NCBI RefSeq assembly: GCF_001194135.2
Contig: NC_068996.1
Span: forward strand, 49,826,309-49,890,308
DNA length: 64,000 bases
DNA from: Octopus bimaculoides
Taxonomy: Eukaryota
Direction of reading: 5' to 3'
Positions within the stretch are counted from its first letter, which is position 1, and every line of letters starts with the position of its first letter. Positions 25,643 to 38,208 of the stretch are shown here, piece after piece. Made by a program: the position numbers and the translations under genes. The notes beneath the pieces were generated by a model, which saw only the letters and a program-made list of their open reading frames with translations, made no database searches and was not told the DNA's origin.

Positions 25643-26329
25643 CCTATATTTTTTTTTCTTTATTTTGCATTTTGTGGACAATAGCATCAAAGGTCACATG
25701 TTTCCAATAAGCCAATCAGTGATCAAAAGTATTCATGACAGCAAGAGCATCAAAAGAGTGTCTGTGCAACTCAAGTAGAACAAATACTGTTTCACTCTTA
25801 TAGGACATACATTAAATGTTCGTAACTGCAAGTTACACAGTTCACTTTCCGACTACCATGTTGTACCATTCTGCTGCGTGTAGCAGTAATGGCCCTTTTA
25901 TGGCTGCCAGTTCGTTCATCCCATTACACCATCATCACTCTCACTCTCTCTCTCTTTCTTCTCCTCATCACACCTGACAGGGGTTGCCATGTATCTCCTC
26001 TACAACAGCTTCTGTCCCTTTAAACATACTCTAACTTTTTGTCACCTGGCACAACATCCATTCCCTCAGTTGAGGGGTCATGCCTTGCAAGTTACTTGGT
26101 GAACACACTGCTCCTGGAGCCAAGTGGTTGGTGTTAGGAAGGACATCCTGCTGTAGAAATCATGCCTAAAGAGACACAGTCTTCTCACTTGGCAGCTCCT
26201 GTCAAACTGTTTGATTTGTGCCAGCATGGAAAATGGTTGTTAAATAATGATGCTTATCATGATAATAATAGTAAGTTTTCTAATCAATATTTACACCTGT
26301 AAGGCAGGCTAATAGACGCAATTCTATCT

Positions 26330-26583
26330 AATTCCATGGGATTGCACCTAGAAAGTTCCTCTCCAAGGCATAAGTCCAGACGAGGTTACCCCTCTCTATG
26401 GATGTTATCCAAGGGAAAAGTAAAAGCTGACATCACAACTCATTTCTACAGCTGAGTGAACTGGAGAAAAGTGAAATAAAGTGTCTTGCTCAAGAACACA
26501 ACACACAACTCAATCTGGGAATCGAAGTCACTACCTCATGATTGTGAGCCCCTACATTCTAACTACTGAGCCACAAAATCATG
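26330..26583 (-). mobile_element. SINE-D (tRNA head + ccttgagcaagacactttatttcac...ccagttcactcagctg core)
   Basis: Same core at 8330-8460, 32880-33170, 44150-44418, 46480-46787, 58290-58470 (-) and 54120-54220 (+). Confidence 0.75.
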
Positions 26584-26595
26584 TGTATAACATAC

Positions 26596-26628
<33 letters not shown>

Positions 26629-27303
26629 NNNNNNNNNNNNNNNNNNNNNNNNNNNNNNNNNNNNNNNNNNNNNNNNNNNNNNNNNNNNNNNNNNNNNNNN
26701 NNNNNNNNNNNNNNNNNNNNNNNNNNNNNNNNNNNNNNNNNNNNNNNNNNNNNNNNNNNNNNNNNNNNNNNNNNNNNNNNNNNNNNNNNNNNNNNNNNNN
26801 NNNNNNNNNNNNNNNNNNNNNNNNNNNNNNNNNNNNNNNNNNNNNNNNNNNNNNNNNNNNNNNNNNNNNNNNNNNNNNNNNNNNNNNNNNNNNNNNNNNN
26901 NNNNNNNNNNNNNNNNNNNNNNNNNNNNNNNNNNNNNNNNNNNNNNNNNNNNNNNNNNNNNNNNNNNNNNNNNNNNNNNNNNNNNNNNNNNNNNNNNNNN
27001 NNNNNNNNNNNNNNNNNNNNNNNNNNNNNNNNNNNNNNNNNNNNNNNNNNNNNNNNNNNNNNNNNNNNNNNNNNNNNNNNNNNNNNNNNNNNNNNNNNNN
27101 NNNNNNNNNNNNNNNNNNNNNNNNNNNNNNNNNNNNNNNNNNNNNNNNNNNNNNNNNNNNNNNNNNNNNNNNNNNNNNNNNNNNNNNNNNNNNNNNNNNN
27201 NNNNNNNNNNNNNNNNNNNNNNNNNNNNNNNNNNNNNNNNNNNNNNNNNNNNNNNNNNNNNNNNNNNNNNNNNNNNNNNNNNNNNNNNNNNNNNNNNNNN
27301 NNN
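26629..27303. other. Assembly gap (N)
   Basis: N run; flanked by (TA)n and SINE-C. Confidence 1.
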
Positions 27304-27526
27304 ATCGGTTGTCAAGCGATGTTGGAGGGACAAACAGACACACAAACATATACACACACATACATATATACGACGGGCTTCTTTCAGTTTCCATCTACCA
27401 AATCCACTCACAAGGCTTTGGTCGGCCCAAGGCTATAGTAGAAGACACTTGCCCAAGGCGCCACACAGTGGGACTGAACCCGGAACCATGTGGTTGGTAA
27501 GCAAGCTACTTACCACATAGCCACTC

Positions 27527-27568
<42 letters not shown>

Positions 27569-28288
27569 TAGAACTTTAAACATAGTCCCTCAGCTTTTTA
27601 CTTACCATATCTATCATCATCATCTATATTTGTGTATAATATGCATTCATGAATAAAGTGCACCCCCCACCCCAATCATGAACAATGAAATGTTTTGGGG
27701 GAAAAGTCTCTTGTGAATATATACTGATTTTAGCATTACAATGTATGGAATAAATTCTGTTATGAAATAAATTGTATAATTTGTAATAATTTGTTATGAA
27801 ATAAATTGTAAACACTCAAACAAACTAAACTAAACAAAAAGCAATTTAGAAAATGACTACTGGACTTATGCTGGTACAGGCCATAAAAACATACCCGCTA
27901 TAAAGTCAATATTGTGGAAATCACATAATTATGATGGGTTTTTTGGTTTGTCTTTTTTTTTTCAACTAGAAAATGAATTTCATTTTGTTACAACAAAGAG
28001 TACAGTTTAAGCAAGTGGTTTTTGTCTAGAGTCCACAGAAGATTTTGTTGTTAAAATTTATGTGCATTGAATTCCTTATACTGCTACGACACACAAAATA
28101 TTTTAATCTTTCATACAATTTCTAATAATATTTAATTATGAAAATACAGTAGGTTTTTTTTTTTATATACATCAAATGGATATGAGGGTCTAGTAGAGTA
28201 AAATAGGAATAAAAGGGCATCCATAGGCAAAAAATGGTTGCGAATCACTGGCTTAAACAGAATTTCTAAAACACTTAACTTTTTTCCT

Positions 28289-28897
28289 NNNNNNNNNNNN
28301 NNNNNNNNNNNNNNNNNNNNNNNNNNNNNNNNNNNNNNNNNNNNNNNNNNNNNNNNNNNNNNNNNNNNNNNNNNNNNNNNNNNNNNNNNNNNNNNNNNNN
28401 NNNNNNNNNNNNNNNNNNNNNNNNNNNNNNNNNNNNNNNNNNNNNNNNNNNNNNNNNNNNNNNNNNNNNNNNNNNNNNNNNNNNNNNNNNNNNNNNNNNN
28501 NNNNNNNNNNNNNNNNNNNNNNNNNNNNNNNNNNNNNNNNNNNNNNNNNNNNNNNNNNNNNNNNNNNNNNNNNNNNNNNNNNNNNNNNNNNNNNNNNNNN
28601 NNNNNNNNNNNNNNNNNNNNNNNNNNNNNNNNNNNNNNNNNNNNNNNNNNNNNNNNNNNNNNNNNNNNNNNNNNNNNNNNNNNNNNNNNNNNNNNNNNNN
28701 NNNNNNNNNNNNNNNNNNNNNNNNNNNNNNNNNNNNNNNNNNNNNNNNNNNNNNNNNNNNNNNNNNNNNNNNNNNNNNNNNNNNNNNNNNNNNNNNNNNN
28801 NNNNNNNNNNNNNNNNNNNNNNNNNNNNNNNNNNNNNNNNNNNNNNNNNNNNNNNNNNNNNNNNNNNNNNNNNNNNNNNNNNNNNNNNNNNNNNNNN
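28289..28897. other. Assembly gap (N)
   Basis: N run. Confidence 1.
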
Positions 28898-29359
28898 TAG
28901 GTGCAGGCATGGTTGTGTGGCAAGAAGCCTGCCTGTCAACCATATGATTCTGGGTTCAGTCCCATTTGCCACACAATAGAAATGAACCCAGAACCATATG
29001 GTTGGGAAGCAAACTTCTTACCACACAACCATGTCTGCACCTATGATATATCATATCTGCTCCTTAATGTATTACTGCCATCATGGGAAAGAGCAACATT
29101 TTTATAGTATTTCAACTTTCTTTGTTACTCATTAGTCAGTTTGAACAATAAATATGCAGTATTAACAAAATATCCTTCACTGTTTTTAAAATAGTAAAAA
29201 CTTGGAAAAATATGCTTGCAAATATGTCACCAAAAGTTAACAACTTTCACTAAAAATATTAGTAAAGCTGTGAGTAAATTAATAAAATCTATTAAAAATT
29301 ACTTGTTCATTCAAACAATAAAATGTTGGTAAAGAAAGTAAGAACAAAAAGCAAATTAC

Positions 29360-30313
29360 CGTTTTACTGAAGCTTCAAAGACACCACTATCTCCGGTAAC
29401 AGACTCATCACTGACTGCTGCAGAAACACTGCTTGTATTTACACCAGAAAGATTGTTACAGACACCCGAGCTGGTTTCACTAATAGGGCTTAAAGGTGGG
29501 TTAGATGCAATGTCTGTATTATCTACATATGCGGATTGTGTGGTTCCTGCCATTACAACAGAAGGGTGCGTAGCTACTTGTTTGCAGATGGCACTTCCTT
29601 GTAATGTGTTGGTTACACAATCTGAGTCCACAGAATGTAGCATGTGTGGAGGGAGTTGATAAGGTGATGCAGTTTGGGTTGTGACGCTTGTGTTATTCAC
29701 CAGCAGCGGTAAAAAGTTAGCACTTTCAGTTAGTTGAACAGTCTTTGTTACTGGGTCAGCTGCTCCTCCCATGGCAAGGGACGAAGTAGCACCGGCCACA
29801 CGTTTCTGGCGTTCCACAGCATTCATGTGCTCTTCGTAAGAAGGTGGTGGACCAATATCGTAGGGTGAAGTTGGTGGAGATAATGAAGAATATGATGAAT
29901 GTGGTGACAAAGATGAAGGTTCACTCCCAACAACGGCAGTCTGATTTCCACCGGTTCCAACTTTCCGTGATGGGAATGGATGAGAAGAAGAAGAGCATGC
30001 CCCATAGTTAACCCCACTTGCAACTGGTTGGGAGGATAAGGTTGTGTCAGAGTTGGAAGCCCCTCCAATAGCTGCAGTAGCTATATTTAGATCTTTATCT
30101 AGAAGACCAGGTGAAATACTGTGACCTCTCAATCTTTGACCAACACAGCGATGAAGATCCTGCAAACTTTCATTGCTCAGTTGAGGTTGAATATAAATGT
30201 CTGTCATACTGGTTGATGCTAAAGATCCATGACTACTGGCAGATAGAGACCCTAAGGAACCAAGTGAACCCAAACTTGAGCCAGATGAGATTGACAGCTG
30301 ACTTGTTGAAGTG
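29360..30313 (-). CDS. KIBRA: KIBRA large exon (954 nt): Ser-rich region TSTSQLSISSGSSLGSLGS...SAAVSDESVTGDSGVFEASVK(R)
   Basis: Matches supplied ORF 29356-30273; acceptor cttttacag, donor gtaatt; phase 2 to 2; SAAVSDESVxGDSGVxEAS is diagnostic for the WWC family. Confidence 0.96.
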
Positions 30314-30789
30314 CTGTAAAAGACAAAAAAGAAAGAAAGTTTTCTTTAATGAAAATTCTTCATGAATGCTTGGAAACAAATGAATTCTACAATTCTATAA
30401 TTATATATTTCTAAATCGAAATATTGACTACTTACATAAACGCAGAGTCACTCTGGTTAAAATATTTAACTGAAGACATAATATTATAACTATAAAATTA
30501 TTTCTAAAGCTATGGAATTACTTTCAAATTAAAAACCTTAAAGTTATTTTACAAATGATTTATTTTCAGCCATCCTTTAGCAAAGAAAGATTTTAATAAA
30601 GTATCATCTAACTTGTAAGTTCCATACATTGAGGGAACCCTCCATTTCATAAAATGGACAAAACAATTCTATTTTACTAAAGACAAAATTTGTTTAAAAA
30701 ACCAAAACCAAATCTAAAGAATAATCAGGTAAAATCCAAAATCTAAAGCTTTGACAATTCAACACAATTCCTTGAAAAAAGAATTAGCA

Positions 30790-31215
30790 ACTCTTTAGCA
30801 ATATTCTGAGCTTGTCTTATGTAAGATTGATTTCTCTCAGTTCATCTTCAGCTTTTCTACACTTGGTATGCTTCAGCCATCCAAATTTTTATTTTCTAGA
30901 TGATGTCCATCTTGATGCACTTTTTGGTATCCTGTTCTTGTCAGATGATTCAGCTGCCATCCCATCCTCACAGATGGTAGCTGAACCATCTGAGCTATCA
31001 ATGCTTTATTCAAAAGGCCACACTATTGCAACCAATTTTGCAATACAATTCATTATACTTGTTTGGGCCAGAAGGTGCAGCAGATTTTCCTCAGACAACC
31101 ATTGTAGAAAGCATTGATCATACTTTTGTCTTCTTTTATCACACATCACTGTTCTGAGCCATACATTAGAACAGATTTGACGTTGGTGTTATAAAAGTTC
31201 ATAAGACTATATTAC
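30790..31215 (-). mobile_element. Degenerate RTE LINE ORF2 C-terminal remnant
   Basis: FYNTNVKSVLMYGSE...AFYNGCLRKICCTFWP matches the RTE motif NxNVKSVLLYGxE...FxNxCLRxIxxIxWP. Confidence 0.75.
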
Positions 31216-31246
31216 CTAAACTTCTAGGTCAACAGAAATCTTGCAA

Positions 31247-31477
31247 GGCGGCGAGCTGGCAGAAACGTTAGCACACCGGGAGAAATGCTTAGCAATATTT
31301 CGTCTGTCTTTACGTTCTGAGTTCAAATTCCGCCGAGGTCAACTTTGCCTTTCATCCTTTCGGGCTCGATAAATTAAGTACCAGTTATACACTGGGATCG
31401 ATATAATTGACTTAATCTGTTTGGCTGTCCTTGTTTGTCCCCTCTGTGTGTAGCCCCTTGTGAGCAGTAAAGAAAGA
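31247..31477 (+). mobile_element. SINE-A full-length copy, 13-bp TSD
   Basis: agaaatcttgcaa (31234-31246) / agaattcttgcaa (31478-31490). Confidence 0.9.
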
Positions 31478-31896
31478 AGAATTCTTGCAAAACTCCACGA
31501 GCTTTAGTTGAGCCTTGCTCAGATATCCTCTTTTTCTCCACTGACTCTGCTGCTAAGGTTTCTTAGATATGTAAAGTCCTCTATATAGTCCAGTGGATAA
31601 CTGTTAGCAAGTAAATGATAGAAGAAATGAAGAAGAGAAGTGATGTGAGGAACAAAGGAGTTCAAGAGATAGTGTGAGAGAACCAGATGCAAATGGAGAG
31701 AAAGCTAAAAGTGCAGAAAGGTTAGATCATTTCAATCCTCATAGCATTTGAACTTATTGAACTCTCACGAAGATGATACAAATACCATGTAAATTTTTTT
31801 TTAATAAAATGCACACATATGAAAACTGATGAATACAAACTAATCTATGCTACACTTATAAAAGATAAATCAAGACTGTAGGAATGTTTAACTAAC

Positions 31897-31986
31897 CTTT
31901 TCAGTTGTGACTCTAAAACAGTCATAAATTTTGAGGTATTCCGCAACTGTTGGATAATCTTTGCTTTCTGATCTTCAAGCTTCAAT
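31897..31986 (-). CDS. KIBRA: KIBRA exon (90 nt): LKLEDQKAKIIQQLRNTSKFMTVLESQLK(S)
   Basis: Acceptor acttttag, donor gttagt; phase 2 to 2; aligns to LKLNSKRNQLVRELEEATRQVATLHSQLK. Confidence 0.9.
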
Positions 31987-32643
31987 CTAAAAGTTATTTA
32001 ATTAAACACATTGATTAAAACAAAACAAAACTGATTGGAAAATTTTCAAGTTGTTTTAACTGTAGCTTTAAAGTAGCTGTTAAAATTGCAAGTTGTTCTA
32101 GTTGCAGTACTGATTTTAAAAACCAAAAAAAAAAAAAAAATGTAAATATTTCTATCGGATCAATCTTAAATTTGCTATGATGTAAGAAAAGTTTATCCAA
32201 GACATCTGCAATTTGTTCAAACAACCAAACTGAGAAAAGCAATTCTATTTTAAAGTATTTGCATATATATTTTGTGCTTAAGTTTTAGCCTTCTTGTTGC
32301 ATGAGGGAGGTTGGGTGTGTCTGTATCAGAGTGTCATTTATTGATTCATTTTAAGTTGGTTTCTCCATGCTAGCATGGATTGAATGAATGGCAGGTGCCC
32401 TTACCTGCTTTTTCAAGTAAGGGAACTTTTATTGCATTTGTCTTTGAAAGCAGTGAGCAAACAGACAATTAGTTGACACATAATCAACTGACAATACGAC
32501 ATAATCACCTAACAACACAACAATCACTTGACAAACCAATAACAGGAAACTCTATGTGGTTGATTGACACACTAGAAATAACAGCCAAATTTTCTTTCTT
32601 TGAACTGTATTTCATAAAAGGGAAGACACACTATATCAGAAGG

Positions 32644-32687
<44 letters not shown>

Positions 32688-32879
32688 GAAAAAGCAAGAC
32701 AACATAGTCATGGCTAGAATTCCTTTAATCACAGGCCTGTCTGGTCAGAGTTGACTGGGGTTAAATAACAACAGTTATTTGACAATCTCCTAATGTATTG
32801 TTGTTTAGATCCTTTATGTGGTCACTTGAATAGGCAGAAATCATTTACTGGTAATCTGTCAATTATGACAATGAGTATA

Positions 32880-33170
32880 TCAGTTGATCTGATCAATAGA
32901 ACAGCCTGCTCATGAAATAAACATCCAGGTGGCTGAGCACTCCACAGACAAGCGTACCTTTAACGTAGTTCTCAGGGAGATTCAGCATGAAGCAGAGTGT
33001 AACAAGACTGGCCCTTTAAAATACAGGTACACCTTATTTTTACCAGCTGAGTGAACTGGATCAATGTGAAATAAAGTGTCTTGCTCAAGTACACAACAAA
33101 CTGCTGGAGATCAAAGTCATGACCTTATGATTGGGAGATGAATACTCTAATCATTATGTCATGTGCCTTC
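32880..33170 (-). mobile_element. SINE-D with alternative 3' body
   Basis: Core as above; 3' body shared with 44150-44418 but not with 26330-26583 or 46480-46787. Confidence 0.7.
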
Positions 33171-33403
33171 ACTTATAGGTAGAAATAACAACCAAATCAC
33201 TATTACATTATACCCGACCCATTTAAAAAAAACAACCCCAAAAAACATAGCCTGAACCTGAGTACAAAACAATGAGACGGTCATGTGTGGAACAATGCCC
33301 TTAACCATGGGCCTGCTTTACTAGAGCTGACCTGGAACTAGTCAACCACAACAACAACAACTTAATCTTCTGTATTGATTAATGATTGACAAAACCCAAT
33401 TAC

Positions 33404-33568
33404 CTGTCGCTGATCGATTTATCAGAACTTCCAACTGCAAGACAAATATCTCTTTCCAATTGTGTAATTCTTGATTTGATTGATGTTAATTCGTGTTCAC
33501 TACGCCCTTTGTCATCTATACTCTTTAACTCTCGAAGTAGTTGCTCTTTTTCTTTTAATAGCAATAAC
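33404..33568 (-). CDS. KIBRA: KIBRA exon (165 nt): LLLLKEKEQLLRELKSIDDKGRSEHELTSIKSRITQLERDICLAVGSSDKSISD(R)
   Basis: Acceptor cacttcag, donor gtaatt; phase 2 to 2; coiled coil LILINEKEELLKE-like. Confidence 0.93.
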
Positions 33569-34307
33569 CTGAAGTGAGAAAAGAATTTATGATCTAAAAT
33601 AAGTGTTTCATGTTATCAAAACTGAATCAAAATTAATTTCAGTTCATTGTGGATAAATGCAGAATCATATCAACAATCGACTTAAATTTATTCTCAACTG
33701 CAAAAGTATTTGAAGCAGGTTGTTTCATGATAGGCTATCAATTAGTAAAGAATTTTACTAATACTGGTAAAATTTCACACCTTGGGTAACAAGATAAAGT
33801 ATTTTGAAAGTGCAGGCACGAAAGTAAATTCTTTGATTTTCTTCAGAATATTTCATGCAATTAATTCAAATGATTAACATTTTCTCACTAACATTTCTCT
33901 TCATATTCTTGCAGAAAAAAATACTGATTAATTTTTACACTTGAACATTTCCTCTAAGCTTCATGGTACATGGCTATGCAGTCGCTATATTGGGGTCAAC
34001 TATTTTAATTTACAAATGTGTGCATGATAAGCTGCATTAGAATTTAAATGTTGCACATCACCTTTGAATTTAAAATGTTCTTGCTCAAAATTTCAAAAAT
34101 TTCATTCAGTGATTTGTAAAAATTGAAGGAAATGTAGATTTAAACTCTAATGATCCTTTTGGAGGCTATAACAGAAGCAAACTGTGGGGTTTCTTCCTCA
34201 TAGTCACTAAATAATTTATTGCAAACAACTTCTAACCTAAAACCTCATGGCCCTATGGTTAGATCAAAACAAACCTATAGTATTGTTATAAAAGGGCCCT
34301 AAGTTAA

Positions 34308-34473
34308 CCCTTTAGCATTTAAACCAGCCTCTCACATACACCTTACAATGTCATTTTAAAAATAAACAATCACATCTTCAAAATCTCAAAGCTATGAGAT
34401 AATGCATGATTGATTCAAAGCAAGGTGAATATATAAGCATTATATTTGACAGAATGATCTGAATGCTAAAGAG
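34308..34473. mobile_element. piggyBac-like MITE, internally deleted
   Basis: ttaa|ccctttagcatt...aatgctaaagag|ttaa. Confidence 0.8.
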
Positions 34474-35328
34474 TTAAACATATTTATCTATTTCATCATA
34501 TTTTTCCTTTTTATGATTTTTATCTGCATATTTAAAGGAACAATATATATAACCTAGCATAGGGTAGGGTGGACATAGTCAAAATTAATACAAGGGTCCT
34601 ATTATTTATTACTTTATCTAAAACTTTGATATTTATTTGTCACTCAACTTTAGGGGACAAGTTAACCCACAAAGATGACAGCTTAGACACGATAAATTAA
34701 TGATAAATTTCCTTCACAGATCTAGATTTCATTTCAAACCAAATATAAAGCTTAAATTCTTAACATTATATGAATTCACTGATACAGTGTTACCCAAGAT
34801 GGACAAGTTAAAAATTCTGTCCTGACACATAACTTTAACCTTTTTCCAACCAGCCACTAACTCCCTCTCATCATTGTTTTAAGGTCCACTTTCCTATGCT
34901 TGCATGGGTTGGGTGGAATTTGTTAAAGTGGATTTTTCTTTTTTTCATTTGCATGATGGTGAAATTTGTTTACAACTATCACTTGAAGTCAAGACAAGGA
35001 GGGGAGAGTAACACACACACACAATGTGTTTCTTTCAGTTTTTATCTCCCAAATCCACTTACAAGGCTTTGGGCACACTGGGGCCTTAGTAGAAGGCACT
35101 TGCCCAAGGTGCCATGCAGTAGGACTGAACCTGGAACCATGTGGTTGGAAAGCAAAGTTCCTAACCACACAGCCATGCCTACATCTATAACAAACAACAT
35201 ACAAAAAAAGAAAAACCAAATCAAACAAAATTATTTTAATGTTTGAAATGCATATTCCATAAATAAAACAAATAGCAGATAATAAGGAATTAGTAAGATT
35301 TACATGAAAATTATTGTAAATGTATTAC

Positions 35329-35480
35329 CTATCTTTATCAGATTCCTTTTGTCCAGGCACCAGCTGAGACTGAGCTTTTACTAATTGCATCTTTAAATTG
35401 GAAAAATTCTTCTTTAATTCGTCAAACTGAAGTTGTATCTGAGTTTGCTCTGCAAGTTTGTTGTCAGTTGACAAACCGAG
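35329..35480 (-). CDS. KIBRA: KIBRA exon (152 nt): LGLSTDNKLAEQTQIQLQFDELKKNFSNLKMQLVKAQSQLVPGQKESDKD(R)
   Basis: Acceptor caacag, donor gtaata; phase 0 to 2; aligns to WWC1 [28 protein letters not shown]. Confidence 0.9.
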
Positions 35481-35670
35481 CTGTTGTTGTTTTTTTTTCC
35501 ACAGAAGAAGAAGATAAAAAGAAAAGAAATTTGTGAAAGAATAAATCTTTGCAAAGAGAAAGAAAGTCTGTATGCATGAGTTTGTTTGAAGGGAGAAAGA
35601 GCGAGAGAGGAGAAACAGAGTAAAAAGGGAAATATAGATAGGAGGGAGAAAGACAAAGAAAAATAGTAAG

Positions 35671-35709
<39 letters not shown>

Positions 35710-35973
35710 GAAAAAGAGAGAGAGAGTTAGGTATATTAATGAAATGGTTATAACTGTAAAGCACCTAACTTACAATTTTAACAGATGTGTAAGTTTTAAA
35801 TGAGCTTTTATTCCTGCAAAACAATCGGTTATAAAAAGTCATAGCTTTGTGGCAAGTAGCAAAAAAAAAAAAATGTTACCTCAATCAAACTTTCTAGAAT
35901 TGAAAATGTTTTCCATAGAATTTTGACAAAATAAAAAGCAAAGCAACAAAAGCGAATTAATCAAAATACGTAC

Positions 35974-36099
35974 TTCCCAACTTATGTCTGTCTGAGATGC
36001 AGTACTGGCTTTCTCTTGAGGTATAGAAAGTGTTGATAAATCTGGAGAAGACCCATTATTCCGACTGAGTGTTAAATCATCTTTCAACCTGGCAAGTGA
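35974..36099 (-). CDS. KIBRA: KIBRA exon (126 nt): SLARLKDDLTLSRNNGSSPDLSTLSIPQEKASTASQTDISWE
   Basis: Acceptor ttttttag, donor gtacgt; phase 0 to 0; SLAxLKD and SQTDIS motifs. Confidence 0.92.
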
Positions 36100-37395
36100 C
36101 TAAAAAACAGAAAATAAAAAATAAATAAATATATACATTCTTTTACTTGTTTAAGCCATTTGACTGCGGCCATGCTGGAGCACCACCTTCAATCAAACAA
36201 ATCGACCCCAGTTCTAATTTTTTGTAAGCTTAGGACTTATTTTATCAGTCGCTGAAATGTTAAGTTACGGGGATGTAAATGCACTAACATATATATATAT
36301 GTATATATATATATCATCATCATCATCATCGTTTAACGTCCATTTTCCATGCTGGCGTGGGTTGGACAGTTCAACTGGAGTCTGGGAAGCCAGGAGGCTG
36401 CACCAGGCCCCAATCTGATCTGACAGTGTTTCTACAGCTGGATGCCCTTCCTAATGCCAACCACTCTAAGAGTGNNNNNNNNNNATCTGATCTGACAGTG
36501 TTTCTACAGCTGGATGCCCTTCCTAATGCCAACCACTCTAAGAGTGTAGTGGGTGCTTTTTATGTGCCACCAGCACAGGGTCCAGAGGAGCTGACATCGA
36601 CTATGATTGGATGGTGCTTTTTATGTGCTACCAGCATGGGGCTCACAACTACAATTTCCATTTGATTTGATTTTGATGTTGATACACATACAATAGTTTT
36701 CTTTCAGTTTCCGTGTAACAAATCCACTCACAAGTCTTTGGTGGGCCTGAGGCTATAGTAGAAGACACTTAAATGCCATGCAGTGGGACTGAATCTGGAC
36801 CCATGTGGTTGGGAAGCAAGCTTCTTACCACACAGCTACTCCTATCATTATATATTATAATTATTATATTTATCATTATCATTAACATCATCATTTAATG
36901 TCCATTTCTAATGTTGGCATAGTTTGGAGAGTTTGGCAGGAGCTGGCAAGCCAGAGAACTACACCAAGCTTTATGGTCTGTTTTGGAAGGATTTCTACAA
37001 CTGGATGCTCTTCCGAACACCAGCTACATCACAGAATGTACCAGGTGCTTTTTACATGGTACCATCATCAGTGGGGGTCACTCAGTGCCTAGCAAGACAA
37101 AGACCCCTTGACTAGGATGAGAAGTAATATTGAGAGAGGTAGCTCTGTACCAGTTGAGAAGTTAAAGGATAACAGAAGGAAGCATATATTTCTTCCTATA
37201 GAAGAGAAAGGGTCATTCTATAACTATTATATCAGTTATATTTTTTTTATATTATCATCACATTATGAAAACTATATGTAAATATTACTAAATGATGATC
37301 ATGATGAATAGAATACTTTCCTAATAACATATTCTTGTAAATAGGCATAAAGTCACAGACCATGTAATTTTATTGGCTGTGGAGAAAATGATTCC

Positions 37396-38175
37396 AGTTG
37401 TGGTGTGCAAGAGAGACGATTGCGTTAGTATGGTCATGTGGCGAGAATGGACGAGGATAGCTGTGTGAAAAAGTGCCACACCCTAGCGGTGGTGGGAACC
37501 TGTGGAAGAGGTAGGCCCAGGAAGACCTGGGATGAGGTGGTGAGGCAAGACCTTCGAACATTGGGCCTCACTGAGGCGATGACTTTTGACCAAGACCTTT
37601 GGAAATATGCTGTGCGTGAGAAGACCTGGCAAGCCAAGTGAGACCTAAATCCAAGGCCTCTGCCAGGGGTGTAGCCAGCCCACTTATGCGTACNNNNNNN
37701 NNNNNNNNNNNNNNNNNNNNNNNNNNNNNNNNNNNNNNNNNNNNNNNNNNNNNNNNNNNNNNNNNNNNNNNNNNNNNNNNNNNNNNNNNNNNNNNNNNNN
37801 NNNNNNNNNNNNNNNNNNNNNNNNNNNNNNNNNNNNNNNNNNNNNNNNNNNNNNNNNNNNNNNNNNNNNNGTGCCCGCAGCATGTGTAATGACTTTCGAG
37901 TGAGATCGTTGCCAGTGCCCCTGGACTGGCTCTTGTGCGGGTGACACATAAAATACACCATTTTGAACGTGGCCGTTGCCAGTACCGCCTGACTGGCCTT
38001 CGTGCGGGTGACACGTAAAAGCACCCACTACACTCTCTGAGTGGTTGGCGTTAGGAAGGGCATCCAGCTGTAGAAACTCTGCCAAATCAGATTGGAGCTT
38101 GGTGTAGCCATCTGGTTTCACCAGTCCTCAGTCAAATCATCCAACCCATGCTAGCTTGGAAAGCGGACGTTAAAC

Positions 38176-38207
<32 letters not shown>
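37396..38207 (+). mobile_element. 5'-truncated RTE-clade LINE: ORF2 C-terminus + 3' UTR + (GAT)n tail
   Basis: CGVQERRLR*YGHVARMDEDSCVKKCHTLAVVGTCGRGRPRKTWDEVVRQDL... (RWxGHVxRM and GRGRPxKTW are RTE C-terminal motifs); after the N-gap, a UTR ending cgttaaac(gat)n. Confidence 0.88.
37694..37870. other. Assembly gap (N) inside the RTE 3' UTR
   Basis: N run. Confidence 1.

Positions 38208-38208
<1 letters not shown>

Noticed and set aside
26481-28972. Long ORFs of 220-339 aa in the ORF track
   Set aside because: They are open only because they run through N-gaps; the same applies to 37434-38121 and 47659-48293.
32644-32686. 43-nt poly(A) as a retrocopy tail
   Set aside because: No recognisable element or TSD upstream; may be a simple homopolymer.
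36415-36545. 60-bp direct duplication
   Set aside because: Identical sequence either side of a 10-N gap; most likely an unmerged contig overlap.
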